In this document: positions 63,020-64,000 of the stretch, in pieces
How the letters are laid out: every line of letters begins with the position of its first letter
Numbering within the stretch: the stretch's first letter is position 1
Sequence record: PP892526.1
Reading direction: 5' to 3' (one strand)
Source of the DNA: Escherichia phage vB_EcoM_I14.1
Length of the DNA stretch: 64,000 nucleotides
The notes under the pieces: model-generated
The model's input: the letters and a program-made list of their open reading frames with translations, nothing else
What the model was told of the DNA's origin: nothing
The model's database searches: none
Program-made: the position numbers and the translations under genes

Positions 63020-64000
63020 TCTATGTAATAGCCTCTATACAATCCCTTTCCTTTCCTTTCCAGAATCTTACTAGACCTTAAAAGCAATAACTCTATAGTC
63101 TACTCTATAATCTCTTATCAAATCAACTTAAATAAAAGCCCATAACCCGAAAGGGAAGGGTAACCGTTTAAACGCTCTATAAAGCTCTATAACAGCCTTA
63201 TCAACCTAACTTAAGGGATTGCATTAACTCACCCTAAAAAGCCCTTTATAAAGCTTCCTAGAGCCTTAAAAGAATCTTATAAGGGTGTAAGCTTTATTAT
63301 CTCGTTAGTTCCTTGTGAATAACTAGAAAGGGCTTGTTAGTGTCTTAAAAGTATGTTATAGGGGCTATAAAGTTACTTCAAAGTTACGTAAAAGTGGTTT
63401 AAAAGTTACGTAAATGCTAGCCCCCTTAACATTTTCTTAACAATTTCTTAACAACCCCTACATAGTTATGCTTGTTAGCAACTTGTTAGCCCCTTGTTAA
63501 ATCTCTGTTAAAACCACGTAAAAGCCTTGTAAGAGTCTTTAGCATAGCCTTTAAAGCCCCTGTAAAGCCCTATAAATAGCTTTCTGTATAGTTGGGGTGT
63601 AATTACTAGGGAGAGACTAAAAAGAGCTTATAAGGAGCTATAGAAAGCTTTTAAGAGGGCTATTTAAAAGGTCACTAAGAAAGGAAAGGGAACGATAAGA
63701 AAAGAGATAGTGACCATGTTAATAGCTTGTTAAAAAGATTAAACACTTGTTAGGAACTTGTTAATTATCTTAACAAAATAACTCTTTAAAATTAACTTGT
63801 TAGCTCTTGTTAGTCATCTGTTAAGATTCTATAAAGACCATGTAGCAACTGTTAAGAAACTGTTACACCCTTGTTAGTTCTGTTAAGAATCTGTTAAGAC
63901 CTCTGAAGAGATGTTAAGAGGTTGTAAGAACTGTTAAGAGATTGTTAAGGATATTTTAAAATTCTGCAAAGGGGATGTTACAGGGATGTTAAGGGCTACC
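63020..64000. repeat. ORF-free, repeat-dense non-coding region (ctctata, acgtaaa and TGTTA word families)
   Basis: No ORF of 60 aa or more on either strand; ctctata x5, aaagttacgtaaa x2, 21 copies of TGTTA. Confidence 0.6.
63850..63995. repeat. helically phased TGTTA(A/G) iteron array
   Basis: TGTTA starts at 63850, 63861, 63872, 63881, 63892, 63912, 63932, 63943, 63976, 63987 (spacings 11, 11, 9, 11, 20, 20, 11, 33, 11), plus a tgtaag variant at 63923. Confidence 0.6.

Overview
This 64-kb window reads as a contiguous segment of a lytic, tailed dsDNA phage with a contractile (myovirus-type) tail; there is no integrase, transposase, rRNA, tRNA or CRISPR array that I can support. Gene content (family-A DNA polymerase, rIIA/rIIB, thyA, DHFR, aerobic and anaerobic ribonucleotide reductases, prs plus nadV NAD+ salvage, HNH/GIY-YIG endonucleases) resembles Felix-O1-like enterobacterial phages, but that is a guess from memory, not a search result. 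Layout: (1) 1-14.6 kb, rightward tail module (sheath, tube, frameshifted chaperone, tape measure, baseplate, two His-rich tail fibres); (2) 15.3-26.1 kb, leftward nucleotide-metabolism/replication cluster (thyA, DHFR, DNA ligase, DNA polymerase) interrupted by an unusual tandem repeat array; (3) 26.3-56.5 kb, rightward replication and metabolism genes (dNMP kinase, primase-helicase, exonuclease, nrdAB, nrdDG, prs, nadV, rIIA/B, lysis genes, macrodomain protein); (4) 56.5-63.0 kb, an array of at least 14 small orphan genes each behind a near-identical regulatory cassette; (5) 63.0-64.0 kb, an ORF-free region ending in a helically phased TGTTA iteron array. The best candidates for undescribed biology are the small-gene cassette array, the TARG1/DarG-like macrodomain protein, the composite repeats at 18.9-19.45 kb and the terminal iteron array. 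All calls rest on reading the sequence and remembered family motifs; no database search or structure prediction was run.
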